Positions 1 through 9,128 of a stretch of 64,000 nt of DNA are shown in pieces. The notes under the pieces were generated by a model. The model ran no database searches. It had not been told where the DNA came from and saw only the letters and a list, made by a program, of their open reading frames with translations. The stretch comes from an uncultured Bacteroidota bacterium (GTDB lineage Bacteria; Bacteroidota; Bacteroidia; Bacteroidales; GCA-2748055), in the NCBI GenBank assembly GCA_963735755.1, contig CAVTME010000005.1, forward strand, positions 49,585 through 113,584, given 5' to 3'. Positions within the stretch are counted from its first letter, which is position 1, and every line of letters starts with the position of its first letter. The position numbers and the translations under genes were made by a program.

Positions 1-1087
1 AATCAGGATGGCCAGGAATATTCCGCAGTGTGTCTGCAAATTTGCTGCCTTCCCAGCTGTCTACTTCAGACGGTGCAGGCAGTGTAGCCGGATCAATATC
101 AATGACCGTGGCATAGGGTCCGCACAATTCCTCCTGCCGTTCATAGGCATTGGAGTAGATCTGCTTTGCCATGGCCAGGGCATCCCCGCCAGCCATGGCC
201 AGACCGATCACCTCTTCCAGCCAGGTGGTCCCTGCCGTTTTCACATGAATGCCTTTGTCATGTTTCCGGATCAGTTCGCCCATGATGGGGTAGATGGTGA
301 ATTTGTCACTTCCTGAATGTACACTCAGTTTCAGATTTTCCGGCAGACCGAATTTGTGAATGGCATAATCAATGACCAGCAGGTCCTGTTCGAATTCTTT
401 CCTGAACTGATCCACATCTCCCACATAGTCCACGCCCTTGTTAAACCTTCCGGTGAATTTGGGAGCAATGGTCTGGGCAGGGATCTGGTAATGGCTGATC
501 ATCTGAAGGATGAAAAAGAGGTCCACCGGTGTCTGAGGATTTTCCACTTCGTCCATGGAAACTTCTGCAACGAAAGTCCCGGTACCCTTTTTAGCAACAA
601 TATGCTCATAGATGGCGGCGGCTTCCCTGACAGCCCCGAGAAAGGCTTTGGCAATCCCCACAAGATTTTCCCTAGTGATTTGAAAGGGCTCTTCAATACC
701 AGGAATCTCCAGGGTGCCCATATAGGGAGCGCTGATCTCCAGGAAGAGCTCAATCTCCTCATCAGAAACCTCCCCGCCAATATAATCAGCCACATCCAGG
801 GTGAAAAAATCTGAATGCTCCATGAATGCGTCCACCGTATTGAGGTTGATGTGATCGGCATCTACATAGTAGGAATCCGTCCATTGAAGGGCCCTGGTTG
901 CCTGGTCGGCTTCAGCCTTTGTGTTTTCCGGAGAGGAGTGGATGATCTGGTGCTCCCGGTTGGATTTATTCCAAACCGGAACAATGGATACCCCGTTTTC
1001 CCTGGCCTTTAAAATGGCCTTTAGTTGTGCTTCACCCTGCTGTGCAAATCTGTCTCCAATACCGAAAGAATATTTTTCTAGTATCAT
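1..1087 (-). CDS. uxaE: Tagaturonate/fructuronate epimerase-like protein (UxaE family); 3' end runs off the window
   Basis: Own minus-strand translation from ATG 1087..1085: MILEKYSFGIGDRFAQQGEAQLKAILKARENGVSIVPVWNKSNREHQII...SVHSGSDKFTIYPIMGELIRKHDKGIHVKTAGTTWLEEV. It is open to position 1, so it is missing from the supplied ORF track. Plus-strand ORFs 8..316 and 317..814 are its antisense shadow. Family call is from remembered similarity, not a search. Confidence 0.6.
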   Translation of the reverse strand, partial: MILEKYSFGIGDRFAQQGEAQLKAILKARENGVSIVPVWNKSNREHQIIHSSPENTKAEADQATRALQWTDSYYVDADHINLNTVDAFMEHSDFFTLDVADYIGGEVSDEEIELFLEISAPYMGTLEIPGIEEPFQITRENLVGIAKAFLGAVREAAAIYEHIVAKKGTGTFVAEVSMDEVENPQTPVDLFFILQMISHYQIPAQTIAPKFTGRFNKGVDYVGDVDQFRKEFEQDLLVIDYAIHKFGLPENLKLSVHSGSDKFTIYPIMGELIRKHDKGIHVKTAGTTWLEEVIGLAMAGGDALAMAKQIYSNAYERQEELCGPYATVIDIDPATLPAPSEVDSWEGSKFADTLRNIPGHPD

Positions 1088-1155
1088 GTTTGGTTGGTTT
1101 TCCGTGTACGGACACGAAATTAGGATATTTTCTGCGAAATACCAATATATTTTTA

Positions 1156-1163
1156 TAGTTTTG
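1156..1163 (+). promoter_or_regulatory. Candidate Bacteroidota -7 promoter box TAGTTTTG (fits TAnnTTTG)
   Basis: Motif read directly in the divergent intergenic region between the uxaE-like ATG (1087) and the lacI-like ATG (1226). Single motif match only. Confidence 0.3.
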
Positions 1164-1203
1164 CTGGAGTTCCTCAGGGATTCCATATGGGAGCTCTATT
1201 GTA

Positions 1204-1213
1204 AACAATTGTT
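1204..1213. promoter_or_regulatory. Perfect 10-bp palindrome AACAATTGTT; candidate LacI-family operator
   Basis: Self-complementary sequence read at 1204-1213, 13 nt upstream of the LacI-family start codon. A second short inverted repeat CGTGT-acgg-ACACG lies at about 1105-1118. Operator role is inference. Confidence 0.3.
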
Positions 1214-1225
1214 GTGCAGAATCAT

Positions 1226-2274
1226 ATGGGAAAAATAAGGATCAAGGATATTGCTGAGATCGCCAATGTTTCCATTGGCACGGTCGACAGGGTGATCCAT
1301 AAGCGGGGGGAGGTCTCTCCTGCCACCCGGGAGCGGATCGAGAACTGCTGGATGGAGCACAACTATAAACCCGATATTATCGCCAGTTCACTGGCCTTAA
1401 AACGTGAGGTCCATCTGGCTGTGGTGATGCCCGGTATCGTTAACGATCACGCTTTCTGGAATCTTCCCCAGTCAGGCATAGCGAAAGCACTGGAAGAACT
1501 TTCCAACTATAAGATCTCCATCGAACCCATATACTTCAACCAGTTTAAAAAGGTGATTTTATACGGAAGGTCAAAAATTTTCCCTACAGCAGGGTCCACG
1601 GGGTCCTGTTTGCCCCTGTTTTTCATGACGAATCAAGTGAATTCATCAAAAGCTGCTTTCTAGCGAAATTGCCCGTTGTTTTGATCAATTCACTTCTGGA
1701 AGTCGAGGGGGTCAGCAGTTTTGTGGGACAGGATGCATTTCACAGTGGCTACGTGGCAGCCAAACTCATCAACTTGGGATTGGAACACCGGAAGGATGTG
1801 GCCATCATCAACATGTCGGCCCGAAAGGATCATTACGCCCACATTAACAGCAGGGAGAAGGGATTTCGAAGTTATTTTGAGGAGCACAGCGACCGTCTGA
1901 ACCACCTGGTCACTGTAAACCTGAACGGAGTGGACGATGCTGCATTGAAGAAAGGACTGGATGAGGTGTTTGACCGCTATGAGATCGGGGGATTATTTGT
2001 GACCAACTCCAGGGTATACAAGGTGGCTGAATACCTGTCAGAGATAGGATCCATGAGCATTCGGCTGGTGGGATACGATCTCCTGCCCAAAAGCATCGAG
2101 TATCTGAAAAGGGACTATATCGATTTTCTGATCTCTCAGAAGCCAGAAGAGCAGGCCTTTAAGGGCATGATATCCCTGTTTAACCTGGTGGCTTTTAACC
2201 GGGATCCGGAAGAGAAACAATTGATGCCCATCGATATCATTACCAGGGAAAACCTGGGTTATTATAAGCAATAA
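1226..2274 (+). pseudogene. LacI-family transcriptional regulator, one frameshift in an A5 run (1547-1551)
   Basis: HTH N-terminus MGKIRIKDIAEIANVSIGTVDRVIHKRG. ORFs 1214..1663 and 1669..2274 are two halves. Re-reading 1550-1680 in the second frame gives KGDFIRKVKNFPYSRVHGVLFAPVFHDESSEFIKSCFLAKLPVVLINS, which joins seamlessly to the periplasmic-binding-fold half. Confidence 0.85.
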
Positions 2275-2327
2275 ACTTTATAATTAAATACATATTTCTA
2301 TGATGAACGGACTATCCTTTAAGGATC

Positions 2328-3155
2328 TTGAAAGACAAAGTATGTGTCATTACCGGCGGTGGGGGCGTACTCGGAAATTCCATGGCCAGGGGACTGGCTT
2401 CTGCAGGTGTGATCCCTGTGATCCTTGACATCAATGAAGAAGCTGCAAAAAATGCTGCAGCTTCAATCTCCCGCGAATTCGGAGTAAAAAGTGTTGGATA
2501 CAAAGCCAACGTGCTCGACAGGGCATCTCTGGAGGAAGTGAAGAAGCGGATTATTTCTGAAGTGGGCGAGATTGAGATTCTGATCAATGGTGCAGGAGGA
2601 AATTCACCCAAGGCAACCACCAAGCTGGAAGAGATTACCGAAAATGATCTGGACAAGCTGGATGATGGTTTTTTCGGCCTCGAGCTGGAGGGTTTTCAGA
2701 AGGTATTTGACCTCAATTTCACAGGAACCCTTCTGCCTACCCTGGTTTTCACACGGGAAATGGTGTTCAGGCAGAGGGGCGTGGTACTCAATATCTCGTC
2801 CATGAACTCCTACAAGCCGCTGACCAAGATCCCGGCCTATTCTGCTGCCAAATCATCCGTCAACAATTTTACCGAATGGCTGGCAGTTCATTTTGCCAAG
2901 GTAGGCGTCCGGGTCAATGCCATAGCACCTGGTTTTTTCCTGACCAACCAGAACCGTTTCCTGCTGACCGATGAAAAAACCGGCGCACTCACACCAAGGG
3001 GGAACAAGATTATTGCCAATACCCCCATGGGGATTTTTGGTGAGCCCGATGACTTGAATGGTACTGTATTGTACCTGATGTCGGACCTGAGCCGGTTTAT
3101 AACAGGAATCTGTATCCCGGTGGATGGCGGATACAGCGCATTTGGAGGAGTATAA
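2328..3155 (+). CDS. SDR-family oxidoreductase, UxuB/mannonate-oxidoreductase-like
   Basis: TGGGGVLG Rossmann motif and a 275-aa SDR layout. TTG start at 2328. ATGATG at 2300 encodes MMNGLSFKDL in another frame, so a 5' single-base indel near 2328-2330 is possible (expected MMNGLSFKDLKDKVCVITGGGG). Confidence 0.75.
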   Translation: MKDKVCVITGGGGVLGNSMARGLASAGVIPVILDINEEAAKNAAASISREFGVKSVGYKANVLDRASLEEVKKRIISEVGEIEILINGAGGNSPKATTKLEEITENDLDKLDDGFFGLELEGFQKVFDLNFTGTLLPTLVFTREMVFRQRGVVLNISSMNSYKPLTKIPAYSAAKSSVNNFTEWLAVHFAKVGVRVNAIAPGFFLTNQNRFLLTDEKTGALTPRGNKIIANTPMGIFGEPDDLNGTVLYLMSDLSRFITGICIPVDGGYSAFGGV

Positions 3156-3156
3156 G

Positions 3157-4440
3157 ATGATATATTACGAAAAGGGAGATCCGAAAACTGAGCTGACCCA
3201 GGCAGATTTGAGGAAGGGGCTTACGCAGGCGCTGGATCGCATGGGTTTACGTGAAAAGGTGCTGGCGCTTCCGCCGGATATTACCCGCTATTACAGTCAG
3301 GCCGGAATGCTGACAGAAATGGCATGGGAATATTACGGAGAAAAAATGACCGATGTGCTCCCTGCCCTGGGAACCCATGCACCCATGACTTCACCGGAGA
3401 TAAAGAGGATGTTCGGTGCGGTTCCCGAGTCACTCTTCAGGGTGCACGACTGGAGAAACGATGTGGTGACACTGGGTGAGGTTCCCGGCGAATACCTGGA
3501 GTCGGTCTCCGAAGGCAGGGTATCCTATGCATGGCCTGCGCAGGTAAACCGGCTGCTGTTGAACGGGGGTTATGACCTGATCCTTTCCATCGGGCAGGTT
3601 GTACCCCATGAGGTAATCGGGATGGCCAATTATAACAAGAATGTATTTGTAGGGACAGGCGGACCGGAAGGGATCAACAAGAGCCATTTTCTGGGCGCAG
3701 CCTACGGAATGGAACGCATCATGGGCCGGGCCGATACCCCCGTGAGAAAGGTGCTGAACTATGCTTCTGATCATTTTGCCACAGAACTGCCCATTGTATA
3801 CGTGCAGACTGTGATTGGGAGGAATGAGGATGGAAAGCTTGTGGTTCGGGGTCTCTTTGTCGGGGATGACGAGGCATGTTTCCTGAAAGCCTCAGAGCTT
3901 TCCCTCCGAGTGAATTTTCAGATGCTGGAGAAGCCCCTGGACAAGGTGGTGGTCTACCTTGAACCGGAAGAGTTTAAAAGTACCTGGCTGGGGAACAAGA
4001 GCATCTACCGTACCCGCATGGCCATCGCCGACGGGGGCGAGTTGATCGTGCTGGCTCCCGGATTGAAAGAGTTCGGCGAGGATGAGGAGATCGACAGGCT
4101 GATCAGGAAATATGGCTACCGGACCACTCCTGAGATTCTGCAGGCTGTCAGGGAAAACAAGGACCTGGAAAACAACCTGAGTGCAGCTGCTCACCTGATC
4201 CACGGTTCCACCGAAGGGAGGTTTACAGTGACCTATTGTCCGGGGAATATTCCTGCAGGGGTAATCGAATCGGTGAATTACAAGCATGCGGACCTGGATG
4301 AGATGATGAAAAGATACAATCCGGAAATCCTGGTGGACGGATTCAATACCCTGCCTGACGGGGAAGAGATTTACTACATCTCCAATCCTGCCCTGGGGCT
4401 CTGGTCCTGGAAGGAGAAATTTTCTACAGATGAATGCATG
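3157..4440 (+). CDS. LarA-like (lactate racemase N-terminal domain / DUF2088 family) putative 2-hydroxyacid racemase/epimerase
   Basis: ATG at 3157, 1 nt after the SDR stop. Translation MIYYEKGDPKTELTQADL...GQVVPHEVIGMANYNKNVFVGTGG resembles the LarA family from memory. ORF 3124..4545 runs without a stop into pdxB, so the 3' end is uncertain: a TGA at 4439-4441 in another frame overlaps the pdxB ATG. Confidence 0.6.
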
Positions 4441-5579
4441 ATTCGCATTGTAGCTGACCATAAGATCCCTTTTCTGAAGGGGCCCTGGAGGGCGTTGCCA
4501 GGGTGGATTATTTGCCAGGAGGAGAGATTACCCGCAGCGATGTGATGGATGCGGATGCGATCATTACCCGGACGCGGACCCGATGTGACCGGTCATTCCT
4601 GGAGGGTAGCGAGTGAAGTTCATCGCCTCGGCCACCATCGGGTATGACCATATAGATACCGATTATTGCCGGGAGGCCGGGATTGGGTGGACCAATGCAC
4701 CGGGATGCAATTCCTCCTCGGTCAGACAATATTTGGTCTCCACGCTGCTTTACCTGGCCGGACTGCGGGAGACTGGATCTTTCCGGACTGACCCTGGGTG
4801 TGGTGGGGGTGGGCAATGTGGGAAGCAAGGTGGCCCATGCAGCGGAGGCTCTGGGAATGAAGGTGCTGCTAAATGATCCCCCCAGGGCCAGAGCGGAAGG
4901 AGAGAAGGGCTTCGTTGGATTGGATGAGATTCTTGAAAAATCCGATGTAGTGACTTTGCATGTTCCCTTGAACCGCGGAGGGGAGGACAATACCTTCCAG
5001 CTGGTGGACGACCGTTTCATTGAACGCTTAAAGCAGGGTGCTGTTCTGGTCAATACCTCCCGCGGGAGGTGTGGTTGATGAAGCAGCGCTGATCAGGGGA
5101 ATCAAAAGCGGAAGGATCTCCGATGTCGTACTGGATGTGTTCCAGGATGAACCGGAGGTAAACAGGGAATTGCTGGACCTGCTTACACTGGCCACCCCGC
5201 ATATTGCAGGCTATTCCCTGGACGGTAAGGCCAATGGTACCGGCATGGCGGTCAGGGCAGTCAGCCGCTATTTTAATCTGGGAATGGACCACTGGGAAGC
5301 GGATGGGATTACCCCACCCGGTCAGGCCCTTCTGCTGGGAGATGCTGCTTCGGAGGATCAGATTGGAGTTGCTCTGTGGAATATACCGGCAGACCTATGA
5401 TGTATCCCTGGATGACAGAGGCTCCGGGACAATCCCGGTGCATTTGAGCCCTGCGAGGAGATTATCCCCTTCGCAGGGAACCATCAGCCTATTCGGTGAG
5501 GCTTTTCCAGGGATATCCTGAAATTGTTAAGACACTGGAGAAACTGGGTTTTTCTGTGCTTGCAGACCATTGTGCATAG
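4438..5579 (+). pseudogene. pdxB: Erythronate-4-phosphate dehydrogenase PdxB, at least 7 frame changes
   Basis: Pieces in different frames: MIRIVADHKIPFLKG / LEGVARVDYLPGGEITRSDVMDADAIITRTRTRCDRSFLEGSE / KFIASATIGYDHIDTDYCREAGIGWTNAPGCNSSSV / LSGLTLGVVGVGNVGSKVAHAAEALGMKVLLNDPP...LVNTSRG / VVDEAALIRGIKSGRISDVVLDVFQDEP...HIAGYSLDGKANG / RREPSAYSVRLFQGYPEIVKTLEKLGFSVLADHCA, stop at 5577-5579. Confidence 0.85.
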
Positions 5580-5641
5580 AATGGTAGTAAAGGTAAAATG
5601 TATAAAGTAAAAAACCATACTAATTAGTAATACAGACAAAA

Positions 5642-7096
5642 ATGAAAACAAAAGCTGACATTGGGCTCATAGGCCTGGCAGTCATGGGTGAAAACCTGGT
5701 ACTGAACATGGAACGGAATGGATTTACTGTGGCAGTCTATAACCGCACCGTGGAAAAAGTGGAAAGTTCATCAATGGCAGGGGAAAAGGAAAAAATTTCA
5801 TCGGAGCCCATTCCATTGAGGAGTTTATTGCTTCCCTGGAACGACCCAGGAAAGTGATGATGCTTGTGAAGGCGGGAAAGCCGGTGGATGATTTTATTGA
5901 ATTGCTGCTCCCCCACCTGGAAGAGGGTGATATTATCATTGACGGGGGAAATTCCCATTTTCCCGATTCCATCAGAAGAACCAGGTATGTGGAAAGCAAG
6001 GGAATGCTATTTATCGGAACCGGTGTTTCAGGAGGTGAAGAAGGAGCATTGCTGGGTCCTTCCATCATGCCCGGTGGATCGGCCGGAGCATGGCCCCATG
6101 TGAAAGAGATCTTCCAGGCCATATCTGCCAAGGTGGAAGATGGAACACCCTGTTGCGACTGGGTGGGGGATGACGGTGCAGGCCATTTTGTGAAGATGGT
6201 CCACAACGGCATCGAATATGGTGATATGCAGCTGATCAGCGAAGCCTACAACCTGATGAAGAATCTGCTGGGAATGAATGCAGATGAGATGCACGAGGTA
6301 TTTGCAGAATGGAACAAAGGTGATCTGGACAGCTACCTGATGGAGATTACCAGGGATATCCTTGGCTATAAGGATGAGGACGGAGGAGCGCTGGTGGAAA
6401 AGATCCTGGATACGGCCGGACAGAAAGGAACCGGGAAATGGACCGGGATTGAGGCCCTGGACCTGGGCATTCCGCTGACACTGATCGGGGAATCGGTATT
6501 TGCCCGCTGCCTTTCCGCCCTTAAGGAGGAGAGGGTGGAGGCTTCAAAAGTTCTTTCCGGTCCTGTATCCTTCTTACAATGGTGACGGAAGGCCATTCCT
6601 GGAGGATATCAAGAGTGCCCTGTATGCTTCAAAAATTGTCTCCTATGCCCAGGGATACACCCTGATGAAGGAGGCTGCCAAAGAATATAAATGGGACCTG
6701 AATTATGGTGGCATTGCCCTGCTGTGGAGGGGCGGATGCATTATCCGTTCGGTTTTCCTTGGCAAGATCAAAGATGCCTTTGACAACAATCCGGCTTTGC
6801 CCAACCTGTTGCTGGATCCTTTCTTCAAGGAGAAGGTGGAAGCTGCACAGGAGGGATGGAGAAAGGTAGTGGCCACTGCCCTGGTAAACGGAATCCCGGT
6901 ACCGGCATTCACCACAGCCCTGAATTACTTTGACGGATACCGCTCCGAACGGCTGCCTGCCAATATGCTCCAGGCCCAGCGGGACTATTTCGGAGCCCAT
7001 ACCTATGAAAGGGTCGACAAACCCAGGGGTGAGTTTTTCCATACCAACTGGACCGGAAGGGGTGGGGATACCAGCTCCTCCACTTACAACGTATAG
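5642..7096 (+). pseudogene. gnd: 6-phosphogluconate dehydrogenase (decarboxylating), 2 frame changes (about 5765 and 6565)
   Basis: [40 protein letters not shown], then [38 protein letters not shown] in the next frame, then ...[15 protein letters not shown]...; C-terminal part [20 protein letters not shown]...[13 protein letters not shown]. ORFs 5642..5857, 5854..6585 and 6500..7096 are fragments. Confidence 0.9.
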
Positions 7097-7097
7097 G

Positions 7098-7118
7098 ACT
7101 CAGTACTCAGTACTCAGT
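7098..7118. repeat. Tandem heptamer (ACTCAGT)x3
   Basis: Read directly, immediately after the gnd stop codon (7094-7096). Confidence 0.9.
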
Positions 7119-7134
7119 GCCCGGTAAGGAGTGC

Positions 7135-7170
7135 AAAAAAAACGGGAGCCTAAATGGCATCCCGTTTTCT
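7135..7170. terminator. Rho-independent-type terminator hairpin with A-tract upstream and T-tract downstream (potentially bidirectional)
   Basis: AAAAAAAACGGGAGCC-taaat-GGCATCCCGTTTTCT: stem AACGGGA(GCC)/(GGC)aTCCCGTT, followed by TTTT. Lies between convergent gnd (+) and the small minus-strand gene. Confidence 0.75.
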
Positions 7171-7181
7171 TAATGCTTTCC

Positions 7182-7242
7182 TAAGCACTAAGCACTAAGC
7201 ACTAAGCTTACTAAGCACTGTGCAACTGAGCACTGTGCACTG
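7182..7242. repeat. Degenerate tandem heptamer array (TAAGCAC x3, TAAGCTTAC, TAAGCAC, TGTGCAAC, TGAGCAC, TGTGCAC)
   Basis: Read directly; 7-nt periodicity with consensus T(A/G)(A/T)GCAC. Confidence 0.9.
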
Positions 7243-7276
7243 TTTTAATGGAAACGCAAAGCGTTATCCATTAAAA
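7243..7276. other. Near-perfect stem-loop TTTTAATGGAAACGC-aaa-GCGTTaTCCATTAAAA overlapping the stop codon of the minus-strand gene
   Basis: Inverted repeat read directly (7243-7257 vs 7261-7276). No U-tract after the stem on either strand, so terminator function is uncertain. Confidence 0.5.
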
Positions 7277-7580
7277 CCACCCACCCGGTTGTAACTCTCC
7301 TGTGCATTGATGTAGAAGGCTTTGTACTTGATGTAGTGGTTTCCCTTCTTAAATTCCCAGTGCACATTCTTGGCTTTGAAGATCTTTCCTATACAGGCTT
7401 CAAAGATCAGTGTATAGTTAATCCCGGTAATCTGTTCAGCTTCAATAATGTTCTTAAACTCAACACTTCTGTCAGCAAAATGACCGATCACGGGAAGTGT
7501 ATATTTCTTCTGATCCTTTTTTTCCTTGCTCCCTCGTTCATGATGGGAAGTCTTCTCGGTTCTGCTGGTTTATTTGACAT
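7264..7580 (-). pseudogene. Small basic protein with C-terminal NUMOD1-like/HTH-like region, one frameshift in an A7 run (T7 on the plus strand, 7517-7523)
   Basis: ATG at 7580 gives MSNKPAEPRRLPIMNEGARKEK. The next frame continues KKDQKKYTLPVIGHFADRSVEFKNIIEAEQITGINYTLIFEACIGKIFKAKNVHWEFKKG... (ORF 7264..7491). The F-x-s-i-x-e-A-x-x-x-g-I...W-x-F pattern resembles NUMOD1; weak call. Confidence 0.4.
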
Positions 7581-7700
7581 GTGAACTGTTTTACTGTAAT
7601 ACGTAAATGTATATCAAATTGTTATGTTACCGGTAAATTTAAGAAAAAAAATAGAAAACAATATTCATTGGATTTATAAACAGAAGTGTATTTTTGACCT

Positions 7701-8181
7701 GTGCCAACAACACTGATTGCATATTCCACCACACTTGGGTGCACCGAACAGTGTGCTTCAAAACTGAAGGATGATCTTGGTAACGGAGTGGAGATGGTCC
7801 GGATCTCCCGCAGGCGGCGATATAACCTGCAGGAACTATGATACAATCATCGTGGGTGGATCCATCCATGAAGGGATGATTCAGCGTTCTGTTTATAAAT
7901 TCTGTGAAACCAACCTGGATGTGCTTCTGCAGAAGCAGGTGGGATTATTTGTTTGTTGTATGGATCCGGATGCCAATGAGCAGGAACTTATAGAAAGGAC
8001 ATTTCCTGAAAAGCTTGTGAAGCATGCACTGGCCAGCGGTTTTTTTGGAGGAGAGTTGAATATTAAGAAAATGAACCTGCTGCAGAAAATCATGACCAGG
8101 AAAGCGGCCCGGCTGCAGAAGGAACCTGATATTGATTTCCAGAAGATCCTTGAATTTGCACGAAAACTCCAGGAGCTCTGA
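7701..8181 (+). pseudogene. Flavodoxin-domain protein (HemG-like), one frameshift near 7835
   Basis: GTG at 7701 gives (M)PTTLIAYSTTLGCTEQCASKLKDDLGNGVEMVRISRRR..NLQE, then the ORF 7771..8181 frame gives YDTIIVGGSIHEGMIQRSVYKFCETN... Typical short flavodoxin-like layout. Confidence 0.6.
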
Positions 8182-8974
8182 TCAGCGGCTGATTTCAATG
8201 GACCCTTCGTACACCATGAGGCAGGCCCGGTCAGATAAACATCTGTAAAATGGGTATGGTGCTGAACCTTGAAGGAAACATTCAGATTTCCTCCCCTGGT
8301 ATTAATATGGTATGAAAAAATGTCAGTTTTGAAATGAAAGTATGAACAAATGGCAGCTGCAGTCACTCCTGTCCCACAGGAAAAGGTTTCGGCTTCCACG
8401 CCCCTTTCAAAGGTTCTTACAGAGATCTTGTTTGAACCTCCTGTTGTTTCAACAAAATTCACATTGACCCCCTTTTTCCAAATCTGGCCTGGTTCCTGAT
8501 CTCTCTTCCTGCCTCTTCCACATTTAATTCATCCAGCTGGGTAACAAACTTCACGAAATGAGGTGAACCGGTATCCATCAGGTAGCCATCCTCTACCCAC
8601 CTGATCCCTTCCACATCCTTCAGCTTCAGCCTGATCTCCCCATTGGGAAGATGGTAGGCTGCGTGGTCCCGTCAATGCCTTCGAAACTGGTATCCATCCT
8701 GATGATCCCCAGTTGCCGTGCAAAGGCAGTAATACACCTGCCCCCGTTCCCGCACATGGTCCCTTCATAACCATCAGAATTGAAATAGCGCATTCTGAAA
8801 TCCAATTTGCACTTTCGTCGAAGTATGATCAGTCCATCTCCCCCGATTCCGAACCTGCCGGTCACAAATCTTTTGAATGAGATGATGTTCAAAACCGGAG
8901 GTATCCTGTTTTCGTCCGTCAATCATCACAAAATCATTTCCAGTACCATGATATTTGGAAAAATGAACAATCAT
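8182..8974 (-). pseudogene. dapF: Diaminopimelate epimerase DapF, 4 frame changes
   Basis: My minus-strand reconstruction: MIVHFSKYHGTGNDFVMIDGR... / FGIGGDGLIILRRKCKLDFRMRYFNSDGYEGTMCGNGGRCITAFA / AAYHLPNGEIRLKLKDVEGIRWVEDGYLMDTGSPHFVKFV / VNVNFVETTGGSNKISVRTFERGVEAETFSCGTGVTAAAI...VYLTGPAS / MVYEGSIEISR, stop at 8182-8184. Both catalytic Cys motifs are present. ORF 7893..8462 overshoots the true stop because of the last shift. Confidence 0.9.
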
Positions 8975-9128
8975 GAAGGTGAGCTTGGTTAAAAAAGGTT
9001 AAAACCTGGTTGATGCATCAATATTTTTTCCATTCAGTTGTTATGATAGTAAATTGCAGTATAAAAGGCACGGAATTTGACAGTATGATTAGCATGGTAA
9101 CAAAGGTATTAATTAAAATAAAACAGAT

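Noticed and set aside
3430-6294. Minus-strand ORFs 3430..3774, 3892..4461, 4508..5053, 5724..6212 and 6028..6294
   Set aside because: They are antisense to the LarA-like, pdxB and gnd genes, whose plus-strand translations are strongly conserved. The products are low-complexity.
7098-7242. Possibility that the heptamer arrays (also 14427-14484) are a CRISPR array
   Set aside because: The repeat unit is 7 nt with no spacers, the total length is under 65 nt, and there are no cas genes in the window. They are simple tandem repeats.
7893-8181. Long tail of minus ORF 7893..8462 overlapping the flavodoxin gene as a real overlapping gene
   Set aside because: It arises because a late frameshift in dapF bypasses the true stop (8182-8184). 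The tail sequence (ADQSSWSFRANSRIFW...) is antisense to the flavodoxin gene and has no homology pattern.
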